Shown piece by piece: positions 25,679 through 39,098 of a stretch of 64,000 bases of DNA (position 1 is the first letter of the stretch; each line of letters opens with the position of its first letter). The position numbers and the translations under genes are program-made. Origin of the DNA: Callorhinchus milii (taxonomy: Eukaryota); contig NW_024704767.1 in the NCBI RefSeq assembly GCF_018977255.1, positions 3,782,001-3,846,000 on the forward strand, read 5' to 3'. The notes under the pieces are model-generated. The model did no database searches. It saw nothing but the letters and a program-made list of their open reading frames with translations, and was not told the DNA's origin.

Positions 25679-26440
25679 AGTATCCAATTTTAATCCATCT
25701 TCCTTCCTCAGTTCTTATAGAATACTTATTTCTCTTCACTCAGTAGCTGAAGCAAGTGAGTTAGAATGTCAGGCAGCATTGAATTTTGAACTTGCTACCA
25801 TCTGGCTGGGATCAAGATGTGGAACTAAGAATGATAATTGTTTATTCAGTTAATTTCCCTACACAAAGCTTAAGAAAAGATTTGGGGGCACTTGCTATCA
25901 TTGGAAAACTGAAATAACATCTTAGTTTCTAGATTAAATTTGTCAAAATTCCTTATGTCCTTCAGGGAATGCTCGTGATAAGTTTCTTCCAAACTAGGGG
26001 ATTTGCATGATCCAACTGGGAGCAGTGATCAGATTTCACTGGCACTCGCTGTAAATAATTTGTAGGAACCCATACATCCAAAATCCTCTCTTAACTCTTC
26101 AGTGCATCAGATAGGCTTTACAATCAATGCAATGACTATAGCTCCTGAAAAGGTGCCATACTTTCCTCAAGCAGGGACTTTGTCCTATGAAATAGTGGGT
26201 TCTGTGCATGCCTACACTTGTTACAGTTGTTACCTGTGAGATATTTTACCGTGTCACAAAGTTAGGCTTTAACAAATGCAAGGAATATTACTGCAAATCA
26301 ACATCTGTGAAACTGCCAGTACAATTTGCAAAGTCTGTAAAATTTGCTCACACCATGTCTGGTATTTTCCTAGCCTCTCCCTATTTCGTGACCTCACTGA
26401 CATAATCTCTCCCTTATTTTGCACTGTAACCACTTCCCTG

Positions 26441-26478
26441 TCTTTCTTTCTCTCTCTCTCTCTTACTCTCTCTCTCTC
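26441..26478. repeat. (CT)n microsatellite, imperfect
   Basis: Seen directly. Confidence 0.9.
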
Positions 26479-29061
26479 AGCCTTCCACTTTGTTTTATAT
26501 TTCGGATTATAGCTCTGTGGTTAACTAGTTATGCTGTGGCTGCACTGGATTGTTACAACATACATCACAGAAGTCATTATTGCAGTGGGAACTTCTTATG
26601 ACCCCTAGCACAATATTATTGATATGGTATGGAGCCACATACCAAGATTGAGATAATATTCCGAAACCATTTCTTTAAGTGAAAATGCCTTTCACACTCA
26701 ATAACATCTGTGCCTTCACAAGCAGTTGTTTGTGTCTAGTTTGTCCTACAGGCAAAAATGCCAGGACAAATCAGCACAATTAGGGCAAATTTTATATCAC
26801 ACTAGATGAAGCATTTTGTGGGCCTGTTTGACTGATTGTTAACATTAGTCCGCATGATTATGATTAATATGCTTGCTTTTTCAATGACAGTGAGCAAAGA
26901 TATGGGAAAGACCTCCAGTTAATGCTTGATTTTTGTAGGATAATAGATAATTTCTAAAGTCATAGAATGCATTCCTTCTTTTACTTGAAGCTGCGACTAA
27001 AACTCAAGGGTTAACATAAAGTGGAGTCGGTTTAGCAAATATTCAGAGAACGATATCCTTATATAATCCGTTACTTGATGCGCAAAAACAATATTTTACC
27101 ATTTTCAAAAACCTGTTCAAATTTCAAGCTGTTTTCTTTCAAGGAATACTTTGCTCTGCTGAAAATATTAGACTAAATATGCAAAACTAAAAGCTAATTT
27201 ATCATTCATCATTACAAAGCTCTTCAGTTTGCCATCTGCTTTGATACCGATTCATTTAGTAGTCTGGGAGGGGCAATGGGTTACAAAGTACCACACATAT
27301 ATGAGTGGAATGTAAAATGTTATATTAGCCATCCTCAACTCCAGCTATCTCTCATTTAGTAGCTTCTTCTTATGCCTCCATTTATACTGCACACCTATCA
27401 TTGATCGTACGCAATTTCTGCATCAAAATCAATGGTGAAAATTTTGTGCAAATCTGGTTTCAGGGCAACAATTTGACACTGAGTTTTACTTATTAAGAAA
27501 GGAATTGATTCTCTGATGCTATCCGTTCCAGTGTAAGTCAGGGTTTTACTGCAAGCAAAGTTTTAGGCTTTATTTGAAAAACGTTCACCTCCCTTAAGAT
27601 TTCAAAACATGCTGCCAGTTCAGAACATTACACTGAACACTAAACTAAATTAACTAGTTTTCGGAGGTGGTTTGTTGAACTCAGCACATGTACTGGGTAC
27701 CTAGTTGCACAAGTTTGCACCAGTGTTAATACTAGTTGCGCAGGTGCAGAGAGCTCTCCTTGCCTCCTGCTAGGAAGAGGTAAGAATTAAACAGGCCTGT
27801 AATTACACCATGTTTTAGCCTGCAAATCTATTTTGTCTAGATGCTATCCTGAGTGAATAACCCATATCAATGCACTTGGTTGTTGAATGTATGAACATTT
27901 AAGACTGCTCAGAATTGTGACAAAGTCTTAATTTGGAAGCTGGTACTTTTTTTTTCCTGCGCAATCTAGAATTTTAAAGCAAGAAGTCTTCTAGGCTAAT
28001 ACTAGGTGGAAGTCCAGGCCTCAAGCTTCCTGCTGAGTTGCTAAACTACTGCAAGCAGTAATGCCAAATGATTTCAGCAACATAGAGCATTAGAATAAAT
28101 TTAAGTTATTTCCCCACATGCAAACAGCTAAAGATAGAATTTATTGGGGTCATTTTAATGGTCCATTAGATATTTAGTACTTTGAAGTAGACATGGACCT
28201 GTGTATCACAGATGCCCAGCACGCAATGCACTTTCAATGACCAAGTCTGTGAAGCCAGAACACTGGCATTGGGCTTCCACAAAACAGATCAAGTGTCAGA
28301 AGATAGGTATCCCATGAACCAGGTATCCCACAAACCTGCAGTCAAAGCCTGAGATCTCATGTCGCAGACCTAACTTCACAGACACTGCCACTGAGAACGG
28401 GAGTAAAATTGAGGGGAAGGGGTTACATTGTTTACATCTGTGTCAATTTGACCCACAAGGTATCAAACGGACCACAACACTGACCCCATTTTCACTACTT
28501 CACTTTTTCAACTTTACCCCTAACTACATTTGTGTGCCCTGAGTTTTTTTTTCCCATTTTAGGTAAAACTTTGCTTTTGTTGATCAAAGACTCAGAGAAC
28601 TCCCAGTCCTGTGTCCCAATTTGCTTCACCTCATAGAGTTCAATTTCTAAGTGAAAAGGATGAATGGCTTGTAGAAATGAAATCATTATGTTAAGCATTC
28701 AGTGGAACAAAAATACAGCAATTACAGTAATGAAGGTGCTGTATTTTGTCGGAATTTTTTTTTAAAGTTTGAAACAGTCAAAATAGAATAATGAACACAA
28801 TCATTTAGGCCTAGGGAATCCATTTCCTTTTTGCCAAATTAGATGACTAATGCTGCTGTTATGCTGCACTTGCCAGTGCTATATCACTTTATATTGAGGA
28901 GTTATGAAAAAGAGAGAGAGAGAGCTACTGTCCAGTTGCTCCCATCTATCGTAGGTTTACTCAACTGCGCTCTACGTGCGTTGCGAAAAAAACACTGAGG
29001 TCCAGTCAACTCTTGCCAGTTCCTAGACATGGCATAACAGTACATCATTTAAAGGTAAATT

Positions 29062-29302
29062 TTAAAGATTTTGCAGCATTATTCAATAACAGAATGGAGT
29101 TTCTCCCAGTGTCCTAGCCACCATTCCTTCAGATTAAATTGGTCATTCAATGCATGACTGTTAAAAGGAAATAGCTGTGCATGAATTGAGTGTCGCATTC
29201 ACCTAAAAAAATGCACTGTCACTAGAGTTTACAGCAAATCCTGTGAAACTCCTTGAGACGCGCTCCCGCCATTTGGCGTGATATCAAGTGCAAGGATTAT
29301 TG
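29062..29302 (+). mobile_element. Older Deu-SINE 3' half
   Basis: GGAGTTTCTCCCAGTGTCCTAGCCA...TGGTCATT...CTGTGAAACTCCTTGAGACG...GTGCAAGGATTATT. Confidence 0.75.
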
Positions 29303-32300
29303 TCCAGAACTTTTGCAGATGCACTGATTTCATAAAGAGGTTTGTGAAATGTGTTAATTTGGGGGAAGTCCCACACGGAGAAGACGCAGTGTTAGTCACC
29401 TGCATTGGAACATGATCAAGTACTGATTACAGTGAAAGGAGAGTAGCTTCTGTATTATAAAATACTTATCCGAAGTAACTTGCCGCACAGTCAAAGTAAC
29501 TTGCTGTCAACAAGAGCATGTTGCAACCTTCAGTATATTTAGTCATTTACATTTTTAAGATGCAGCTGGCCTCGACACTCCCTTTTTTTGTCATTATAAG
29601 TAAAGCTGCCAAGATGAGAAATGGACGTGAGGTAGCTGATTATTAGGATTAATTGTCTTCCAACTGTGCAGTGAAGCTGCTAGGCTAAAGAGATTAAGCT
29701 GAAGATAATAAAGGGCAATATAATCATTGTTTTCTTTCAAATCTGCTTGCACACGTGAACTATTCGCCATGCTGGTACATCTGTTAATAGGCCAAATGAT
29801 TGCTGCTGTTTGTCATGAAGGAAAGGTACTGGCGCACTTTGTGAGAATGTCTTGATTTTCGTGATACTTGTTTAAAGGTAGATCGGCTCAAGTATAATAA
29901 AGAAAAATTAATTACATAACGCTCTTTATCTGCTTGCACCTGTGATCCCCAAATTTAAATTCAACTTCACTCAGTCCTCACTCCTCAATGCCCTTTGTAA
30001 AGTGATATTCAATAAATGTGAGAGAGAACAAACGCATTCGAAATCTTGAACCAAATTTTGACGTCTTGGATTTTAAATGTAATAATAATCATAACACTTT
30101 TGTGCATCAGCCATTATAAAGAGATGAAGAATAAAACTGATGTAGTGGAATTGTATGTGGTACTTTTGTGCATTAACATAGCATAAAGGTTATGGCAAAT
30201 TACATTTTGATCAACCAACCAATTGATTATTGAATGACAAATTAAACAGTTGAAGCTGCTATTTATTCAGTGCGATGTTAGCATCAAACACACAGAGAAA
30301 AGTAAATGAAAATGTCCGCAAAATTCAAATTGTTCAGAATATGTTTTTAGCCATTATAATTGTAGTTGATGCCAACTATAAAGTATGTAGTTGACTCGTA
30401 CAGTAGCTTTCCCGTACTATTTGGTTCAATGACGAGATTTCTACAGCTCATATTCCATCAATTCAAATACAAAGCCAAGGTCCAATATACCGGACTTTCA
30501 CCTGATCCAAATCAAAGTATTTTACTATGGGTTTAGAGGCAGAATAATATGCAAACAAATTTATCTAATCTATTTAACAAACATCTCTTTTTCACACTGC
30601 TTTAATCCACTTCCTGCCTACTCACACCTCTTGTTGTTTGGGCTCCCAGTCCGTCTCTGAAAAACAAATCTGTCTCCTAATTGAAAGGTGCTTTATAAGT
30701 TCAATCAAGAAAGTACTGTGGACGCACCCTAGGAAAACCACCAAAGCCACAAAAGTGCTTGAGTGTTTTGGTACTTTGCTTGAATTGCCCAAATCCTAAA
30801 TCTATTTTGGGATCAGGGCTGAAGGCAAGAGGAGAGCGAGGTAGCAGAACATAATCCCTTTGGCCAGTTAAACATTTGAGGTTGAATTGCCCTGTCTGTG
30901 GTAGTTTTATTGCCTATTTGCTCTTTTAACGGAATATGTTTTGGCATGAAATGTACGTGTGGTGTTTTGACTGCTAAAGCACATTGGTACGTTTTAAATT
31001 AGTTACAGGTATAATGCATTTGTGCACAAACAGTAAGTGACCAATTAAATCAATTATTATAGGGCAGACCTGACTAATATTAGATAACTATTGATGCTGT
31101 ACCTCGCATACCACCATTATTCACTCGGTTTAGAATCCATAAGTAGGGTTAAATTGCTCTTGTACACTCCAATTGTTTTAGCCAAGCTGCAGCAATGCTA
31201 GTGAAATCCTAATTTTGGCAGCAGTTGCCTTGCAGAGAGATAAGGATAACAGAAGGGGAATATGAAGGACGAAGCATTCTGTTTTTCAAAGTATTCATGG
31301 GCAAAGAACCAACCATTTGGCTTTAACCAAGTAACATTGTCTGTGCTGCTTCAAGCTCAATAAAGCTGTTGGGCCCTATTTTCAGACTATAGCCGCATCC
31401 TCTACTTGGTGAAGATGCCAACTATAAAGTGTGTAATCCATTGACTGAAAACCAAATAAGGAACATTAGCCCTTCCAATGCCAAATACTAGGAGAACAAG
31501 TGACAAGCTTGCTCTTCCTGGTTTGATAATTTCAAACTATCAGGGAAATTTTCACATGTAGGTGATATGCACACATCGAACTCCCAACCTGGTTTGGATA
31601 TTCTTAAGGATGGTTATGGGTTTCCGTATGTGTCCCAGTTAACTAAAAACATTTAATGCTGGAATATATCCCTTACAACCACTTGTGTTTGCGTCCGTGC
31701 ATGTATGGGTATGTGCGTGGGGAATTCTTCCTCCATTATGACTATGATGGATTCCTAATTGCTACTGTTGGATATTAGAATAGAAACTCATCCAACATAT
31801 ACCATGTGAAATTTCCATCTATCCACTCTTTTTTAAAAAAATGTGTAATGGAAAACTCTAAGAGAACTAAAACTGTATATAGTAAAAAAAAACAAGTTGC
31901 TTGAAATAATCTTCTGAAAAAGTAAGATTGTGAAAAATACAAAAGTATACATACCACTCGACTCGGCCCTTAGCAAACTGCTGGAAAAATATTAACAAAA
32001 TAAATAAAAACGCATTTGTAGACCAGGCAACAACTTCTCAGAGTAGTCTATCCTTTGAAAATGTATGCATGGTGTGCCATTGTCATAGAAACTGTCCGTT
32101 TCATCTCTGGATGCTGTGGTTAGTAATTGATTGATCCTGTTTGTAATGTGCATTAGATTTTGACCCTTTACAGGCTGTTACACTGTTGCTTCCATTCTGA
32201 AATATTTCAAACAATTCTCAAAGTGAATTCATCGAATACTTGACACTTTTTAACACCGTTGAATTATCTGAAAGCCATGCATGCAGGATCCCGCTGCTAG

Positions 32301-32848
32301 ACATCCCCTCCTGCTTTGCTTGCACAACTTGCCAGTGTTACCTGCCAGCTTAGTTGAATAGGCAGCCACTAAAGATGCAGTCTCTATCAGATAACCTTGA
32401 CAGATAACTGCGTGCTTATTTTCCTTATTAGCACCCAGGTGTTCCCAATCAAAGTGCCTTGCCAAATTTCACCGTATTATACAAAATCTTTGACCTGCAT
32501 CATTGTCAATGTCAGATGCTGACACGCTGAATTTTTTCCTGCAAATAAGACGGATGCCAAGAAGACGCCATCCATGTATTTCTTCTGTGTGGGCTGTTAA
32601 TTTTGTTTTTGGCATGCCAACTTGTAATATTTGTGCCTTGATTGTCTTACTCGTGATGCAAAATTGCCAGCTTTGTAGTTCATTTACTCTAAAATCAATG
32701 ATGGATTGAAGAGGTAGAACCTTGTGTCACTTGCTTAATAGGTACACTTATCCATATACCTCATGTATGCACACAAGGAAATCCTTTCTGCAAGCTAAAG
32801 TTACATTCAGTTTACTTTGATGATAACATTACAGCTACAGGCAACCAC

Positions 32849-32996
32849 AACAATAACCATGACCTGCATTTATACAGCACCTTTTACGCAGGATAGCATC
32901 TCGTAGTGCTTGTTCAGAGGCATGGTCGGACACCAACCAAAGGAGGAAGAGGAGGTGACCATAGATGTGGTCGAAGAGGTAGGTTTTCAGATGGGA
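32849..32996 (-). mobile_element. L2 LINE 3' end
   Basis: TGCATTTATACAGCACCTTT...GGACACCAACCAAAGGAGG..GGTGACCA..TGGTCGAAGAGGTAGGTTTT (reverse of LKT.LFD). Confidence 0.7.
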
Positions 32997-34094
32997 ATTA
33001 ACAACCTTTAAATAAGTTAACAGGTAACAACCTCTGAAGTACCTAACTTAGCAAGTTTATTCCTATGATCTTCTTAATTTTTAAAAAAACCAAATATCAC
33101 TGCCTTCCAGAACAGAACTTTTTGTTTCAGTGAAGCGCCTGCTCTCTGTAAGATTAGTGCCAAAGATGAATTTCCCTGCGATATGGGTGTGCTTCTGTCT
33201 GACCTTTCTAGATTGCAAATGCAGCTGGTTTCCATCTTTGATCTGGCGAGAAAACTGTTGTTCCCTTTTACAATGACAGTGAGTGGAACTAAACTGGATT
33301 TTCTCAAAATTAGGAAATCTTAGAAGCTGAAAATACTTTCTAGCCAAGCATTGAGTTAATAGGTTGTACTAAGTTTAAGGCAGATTGTGAGCTTCACAAA
33401 TGCAGAAACATAGGCTCTCCAGTGTCGTTTTTATGTATTATAAAGGTCAAACAGGTATATATATAAAAATCAAAGATAATTTCTTGATAGTTTTGTTTTC
33501 TGAGTTTGTTTTGGTAAGGAGTTGGACTGTGGCCTATCTATTGGTCAAAAGTTCTATAGTGAAAGTAATTCAGTTCATCCATTGTAGGATTGCCTCTTAA
33601 CAGCTTAATAAGTGGCAGAATGGATCACAGCAATGTGATTCAGCAGCTCTGTGTTTTTCTGGTTTTGCATTGTATGCAAAAAACATCCTTCTCAAAAAAC
33701 ACTCAAAAAGATATCAAGTTCACAGCAATATTATCAGTGGTGAACATTGAACTTACCCTCTGCTTTGTTGGAAGGTGATCATCACACTCTGTGGATGATG
33801 AAACACATGAATAAATTACCATGCAGAATGATTAATTCCATCTTAAAGCACCTCCTTCCATCTTATCAATCATTTCATTAGTGGAAAAAAAGTTCATTGT
33901 AAAGGAGGCCGAACCCTCCGCTATGAATAACTACCCTACCTCTCGACATGTTTACACATTGAAACGCAAGGTAATACTTCACGTATTTATCCTGTACTCA
34001 AGTAAGCCTGGACTGTTTCAAACTGTTCACTTTCCTAATTTGGATCATTTAATTTTATACTGAGCAAATAATTTTGATGAAGTCAAAGGACATC

Positions 34095-34255
34095 TCTACC
34101 TCTTCTGCCTGTTCCTCTGTCCCCTGCACTCCCACTTGCAGTGACTTGTCTTTCCCAGGCTCTGCCCTCTCTGGTCCATTGCAATCCGATGCATCTTCCC
34201 AGCATGCAACTGCTGTCCGAGCCAGCTGGTACCACTACATCTTCAGAGGCAGGTA
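34095..34255 (+). mobile_element. Possible Penelope-like (GIY-YIG C-terminus) remnant
   Basis: C-rich island CACTCCCAC..GACTTGTCTTTCCCAGGC..CACTACATCTTCAG resembles the SHS.SDLS..GL...HLIFRL end. Weak. Confidence 0.3.
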
Positions 34256-34823
34256 TTAATCATATTTTTCAATGGGACATTCTGCTATTTATCTCCCTGA
34301 CACTTCTAGCATTTGGGAGGCCAGTACAGACCACAGACCATTGAGTAATAAGATTACTCATTACCGTGCTTCATTGCTTCTCCCTGCCTTCTCCATTGAG
34401 TGGCTGTTCAACGGTGGATTTGTGTTCGTTGATCAGAAATAATTTATGCTTTTAAAAAAAAACACAGCTAAGGGAGCAAATGGTGTATAACCTACCTTTA
34501 TATCTAGCACATATGTGTATCGCAACACAGCCATTTTGCGAGTTCATTAAGTGACCTTGGAACACCTGGGTGGTGAAAAAATAAAAATACAACATCATGC
34601 ACAAAGTGACTCACATAAAATGCAAAGCATCACAATCTGCTGGTAGTTTACTGGCGTGAAAATTCTCATATTTGAATCCCGTCCCTACAAAATACAGTCG
34701 TTCATTGTAGGTAGCTTGTTCTAGGGCCAATTATTTCATTTGGTTACCCCATCATCAATAGAAGAATTTTAAATGGAATTGAGAAAGTATACTGAAAACA
34801 ATACTGTTTGATGTATCAAGGGA

Positions 34824-34880
34824 GCAGAACAAGAGGCTTGAGGTTACAAGGGCAATTTCAGGACAGAACATAAAAATGCC
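34824..34880 (+). mobile_element. CR1 ORF2 fragment
   Basis: AGAACAAGAGG..CAAGGGCAATTTCAGGACAGA (RTRG..KGNFRT) is similar to positions 1-30. Confidence 0.5.
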
Positions 34881-35019
34881 ATTTGAAAAATAGCCTTTGA
34901 CGCCATTTCTGATCATGATTATTTTTCTTTTTTTAGTGCAAATGTGACCAAAATGTGCTGTTAAAGGTGTGAATCAGAAATTGCAATTAGCACCATGAAA
35001 ACTCCAATACATTTACAAT

Positions 35020-35455
35020 GTCATATATAATTCTTACATTTGAAACAGCGCCTTTCAAGTCAGGAGGAGGACATCTCAAAGCACTTCACAAGATATTTTG
35101 TAAAGTTGAGTTACTGTATCTTGTAGGTGAATGTGGTGGTAAATTTGTTCATAACAATGTCCCACAAACGGTCATAATTTTATTTGGGGGATTGTTAGTC
35201 TGGATACTAGGAGAAATTCTATTCTCTCTTTGAATAGGTCCATGAGGTCTTAAACATCCACCTGAACAGGCAGACGATAACTTGGTTTAACGTTTCATCC
35301 AAAGGACAGCACCTCTTGAAACACAGCACAACCCCAGCACTGCATTGTAGTGTTAGCCTCAGCTGTATGAATTTAAAGTCACAAAGTAGGGCTTGAAATA
35401 ACAATCTTCTGACTTGGATGTGAGGCAAGGTGAGACACATTCTTAACTTCTCGTT
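35020..35455 (-). mobile_element. Near full-length older Deu-SINE (SacSINE1-like)
   Basis: Tail, Deu core (CATCCACCTGAACAGGCAGAC..GGTTTAACGTTTCATCCAAAGGACAGCACCTC) and degenerate tRNA head (CTTGAA..ACAATCTTCTGACT). Confidence 0.85.
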
Positions 35456-36762
35456 ACAGAGACTCATTTTGGCACTTTCTGGGGGAAAAAAATATGATAG
35501 CCAACACAATGTATGTGTTCACAAGCTAAGGACTATTTCAGACAATTATTCTACTCTGCATAAGTGTTTGAAGTTGGCTATCCAAGGCTCATTGTCAAAT
35601 ATCTATCCCAGTTTATTTCAGCAATACAGTAGAATGACGAATGTCAAGGGGTTCCCTAAAATGGCCACACTTCTAAACTTCACAGAAATCAGAAATGAAT
35701 TGGAGTAAACCTCAGGGTATCATGTTATTAGAAGAGTTAAGTGATTTATTACTGTCTGGAGCTATTTCGAAGGTCCATTTGACAGAAGAGCTATGAGCCT
35801 TCTATTACAAATACTTAATTATCTCAAAAAGTTTCAGGGCTTTCATGAAGTCATTAACGTTCATGACCTTAACAATTTATTGAAGTAGTCATTATTCTTA
35901 GTCATTATTCAAACCCTAATGAGATGTGCTATGTTCAGTGTACCTCAAGGATGCATACGTCCACATTCTGAAGGGAGGACTTTGGGAAATATTAGATATG
36001 CAAATGTAAGGATACAATAAAAGAAAAAGGACCTTCCTCTTTTCCTAGGCTGTTTAGCTGGTTAAATAGGCAATAGTATCCCAATAGGCACTCGGAGGTC
36101 CTTAAGTGTTGGCTCATGATAACTTGTGCCTTAACTGCTTAGGAGAAGGTAAGTAAGAGAAGTCCTTCTGAGGAAATGGTACACATTGCATACCAGACAA
36201 ACAGAAACCATAAAAATATAGAATTTTCTGTGCCTTAGTTTGGAGCCACTTAAGCATTGTGATGGGTTTGAACATGTGTCAGATACATAGCTGAACAAAA
36301 GTGTTTTGACAAGTTTCAGTCCCATATTTGTCCAGTACTAACAGTTGTTGGAACCCATCATAGGGTCCCGAGTAAGATGTGTATTTTTGTACACTTCCAT
36401 ACATTGAAATCGTGGGGCAGATGTCAACAAGATCCAATCATTCCAGGTAACTCAGTGGTTCATTTGAATCTCAGTGAATCCAAGTTGCCTTTTACCCTTT
36501 CAAGGTCAATAACACGCATTTATATGTCTTACAAAGACCTCCTGAAAGGTTAAAGGGATAACCGCATTTCTCCCAAGCACGACTGCAATAATTCAAGACA
36601 TCGATGGTCTAAGCTTTTGGTGAAATTTGGAAGTGGAAAGTGCAAGCCCAAATCCTAATTAGTGGAGGTCCTATGTGATTAGTATGAATTCCAATCTTCT
36701 GACAGTTCAAGAGAAGTCTAAGGCATTCACCCTACCATTTATTGTGACCAAATTCAGATGGG

Positions 36763-36882
36763 ATAATAATATAATAATAATAATCCTTGCATTTGATATA
36801 GCGCTTTTCACATCTTCTCGACGTCTTAAAGCGCTTCACAGAATAGACTGTAAAGTGAATTGACCGTATATTTGTGGGCGAA
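36763..36882 (-). mobile_element. Young-type SINE 3' ~120 bp
   Basis: High identity to 48286-48400. Confidence 0.9.
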
Positions 36883-37860
36883 ATATATATTTGTAGATAT
36901 CTTTGCCAAGCTATGGACAAAATCCATTTAGTTAAGATTTAGCGAGCTAAGATAAATGCTAAATATTAATTGATATTATCAAGTGTAATTGACTGTTCTG
37001 TACTGTGGCACTACTGGGTTTCATCCTCACCTTCTTCTGCATGCCAGAGCAATTAGCAGTGAAATCATATTCTTCCCAGTGGAAGTAAGTACAACACTTA
37101 AGGGTTTGGTAGCTGTTCTGAATTGAACTAGTTAAAGGTCCAAAACCATTTATCAAAATGCCATAACGGAACCCTTAAATACTGAAATGCCTTTCTTTTA
37201 ACCTCACGCCTGCTATAACCTTTTCACCATCTTCAATTCTGGGATCAAGGCTGAGATTTGTAGACTTCCTAGAGTTTAACCATTTATCTCTTGTTAGATG
37301 TGAAGAGTTCTTGGCCAGACTCAAATGATGCTTCAGGGTTCCCTGGTGGCCATCTGCACTTTCTTTGGGATGATGGTCTATGATTTCCCTTTACAGACAC
37401 TTTTAAGCTTCCCTGATAGACGTTGAAACTTTCCATGACAGATGCTTTAAGTTCTGTCATTATCATTAAGCTTCAGTCAATGCTGCAGGCTTCCCTCACG
37501 TGAGAGTAATATTTTGGGCATCATACAGTGTATGAAGATGTAAGATGAAGCATGTGGACGAAGCATTAGCTAAAATCCTTGTGGATTTTTATTATGCATT
37601 CATCTTATTTTTCAAAGTTACTATGAGAGTGTACGTTATATTCATTACACAAAATCTAATGTGATTTTATTTCAAAATGGTTAGTTTTAAATCACTTGTC
37701 GATAACTTTTTTTTTAAAAATTGCCTTTGCCAGTTACATCGTCATTCAGAACAGAAAGGATTGGAAAGCATAAACCAAAGCATTTACTGTTGATTGACTA
37801 AACTACGTGGACACACAGTAATACACTTCTTTGTAGATGAAGTTTTATCGACTGGGCATA

Positions 37861-37980
37861 TGGTCACCTACCCTTTCTGCTCTTCCTTATCCCTTGCTTG
37901 GTGTCCAAACTCAGCGCTGTTCAGCGCTCTGTGATGCTATCAGACATGAAGGGTCCTATATAAATGCAAGCTGTTGTTGT
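37861..37980 (+). mobile_element. L2 LINE 3' end
   Basis: TGGTCACC..GCTTGGTGTCC..CAGCGCTCTG..TGAAGGG..TATATAAATGCAAGCTGTTGTTG. Confidence 0.7.
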
Positions 37981-38813
37981 TTTCCCTTCAATTTGAGAAA
38001 AATCTAGTCTTATACAAAGATATTATTACCCTGTTCTTCGACACTATCATTTCCACAAATATTACAAATTCAATAAAGATGCAGTGAAGTCAAGGACTTT
38101 ATTTAAGCTTTGTTGCTTATACCCCACATACCTCAATTTTTAAGCCACTTTGAATTTTGGAAGATCAGTCGAGTCCTAGAAAGAACAAAAGCACACAGGC
38201 AACATTAAACTTACCCGTCTCACCGAAAATCCTTTATTCCTAAACACACTAATATATAATGCAGGATCCAGTTTATAGAATAAATATCTTTCCTTTTCTA
38301 TCCATTGAACACACAATAATGCACTGTTAAGGAAGTGAAAGAAATACAAGGCCTTTAGCTTCAAACATTCTTTTTGCGCTCGTTCATTTTATTGCAATGA
38401 TACAAATCATACAATTAATATTTCATGAATTATGTCTCAGTCATAAAGATTGCCTGAAAACATCTAGCTAAAGCCAGTAGTTGGCAGGTAGCCATGACTG
38501 CTGTATTTCAAAAGGAACTGGAGTGTCAAGAAATTGGATGCATCAGCATTAACTGGGGAACATAGCTCAGGAAGGCGTCTGTTGGCTGTAGTCAAAGATT
38601 CAGCTGTGTTTCAGGTCATCGATGGGTAGAGCTGTCTTCAGCTGCCAAAAATTCATGATGTGGAGTTAGCATTTTAATGTGCATAAAATAAAAATATTAT
38701 TTCACTAAAACTATAGTTTCAATTGAAAACAAACAGGCCTTTAACATGCCACATTATAGATGAAATAGTGGAATAAGTTAAAACGTTTAATACTAATTTA
38801 TTTAAATCAACAT

Positions 38814-38967
38814 TTTGGGGAGGACAAGTTTGCAGGGCTATGGGGAGAGAGAGAGCGGGGGAGTGGGATTGATTTGGATAGCTCTTTTTAAAGAGCCGGC
38901 ACAGACATGATGGGCTGAATGGCCTCCTTCCCGGCTGTATAATTCCCTGATTCTCTGATATGATTCT
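38814..38967 (+). mobile_element. CR1 3' end with ATTCTRTG-like tail
   Basis: TTGCAGGGCTATGGGGAGAGAG..GAGCCGGCACAGACATGATGGGCTGAATGGCCTCCTTC..ATTCCCTGATTCTCTG. Confidence 0.85.
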
Positions 38968-38987
38968 TCATTTTGCCATTCAGTTTC

Positions 38988-39098
38988 TTACATAGGAACA
39001 GGAGTAGGCCATTCAGCATCTTGAGCCTGTTATTAATCTATTAGATCATGGCTCATCTGTACCTCAACTACAATTATCCACCTTTGCCCCATATCCTT
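38988..39098 (-). mobile_element. CR1 3' end, tail-to-tail with the previous copy
   Basis: CATAGGAACAGGAGTAGGCCATTCAGC..GAGCCTG..AGATCATGGCT..ACCTCAACT. Confidence 0.8.

Noticed and set aside
37336-37352. Second CTCF site (TGGCCACCAGGGAACC, minus)
   Set aside because: Lacks the GGC 3' part of the core motif.
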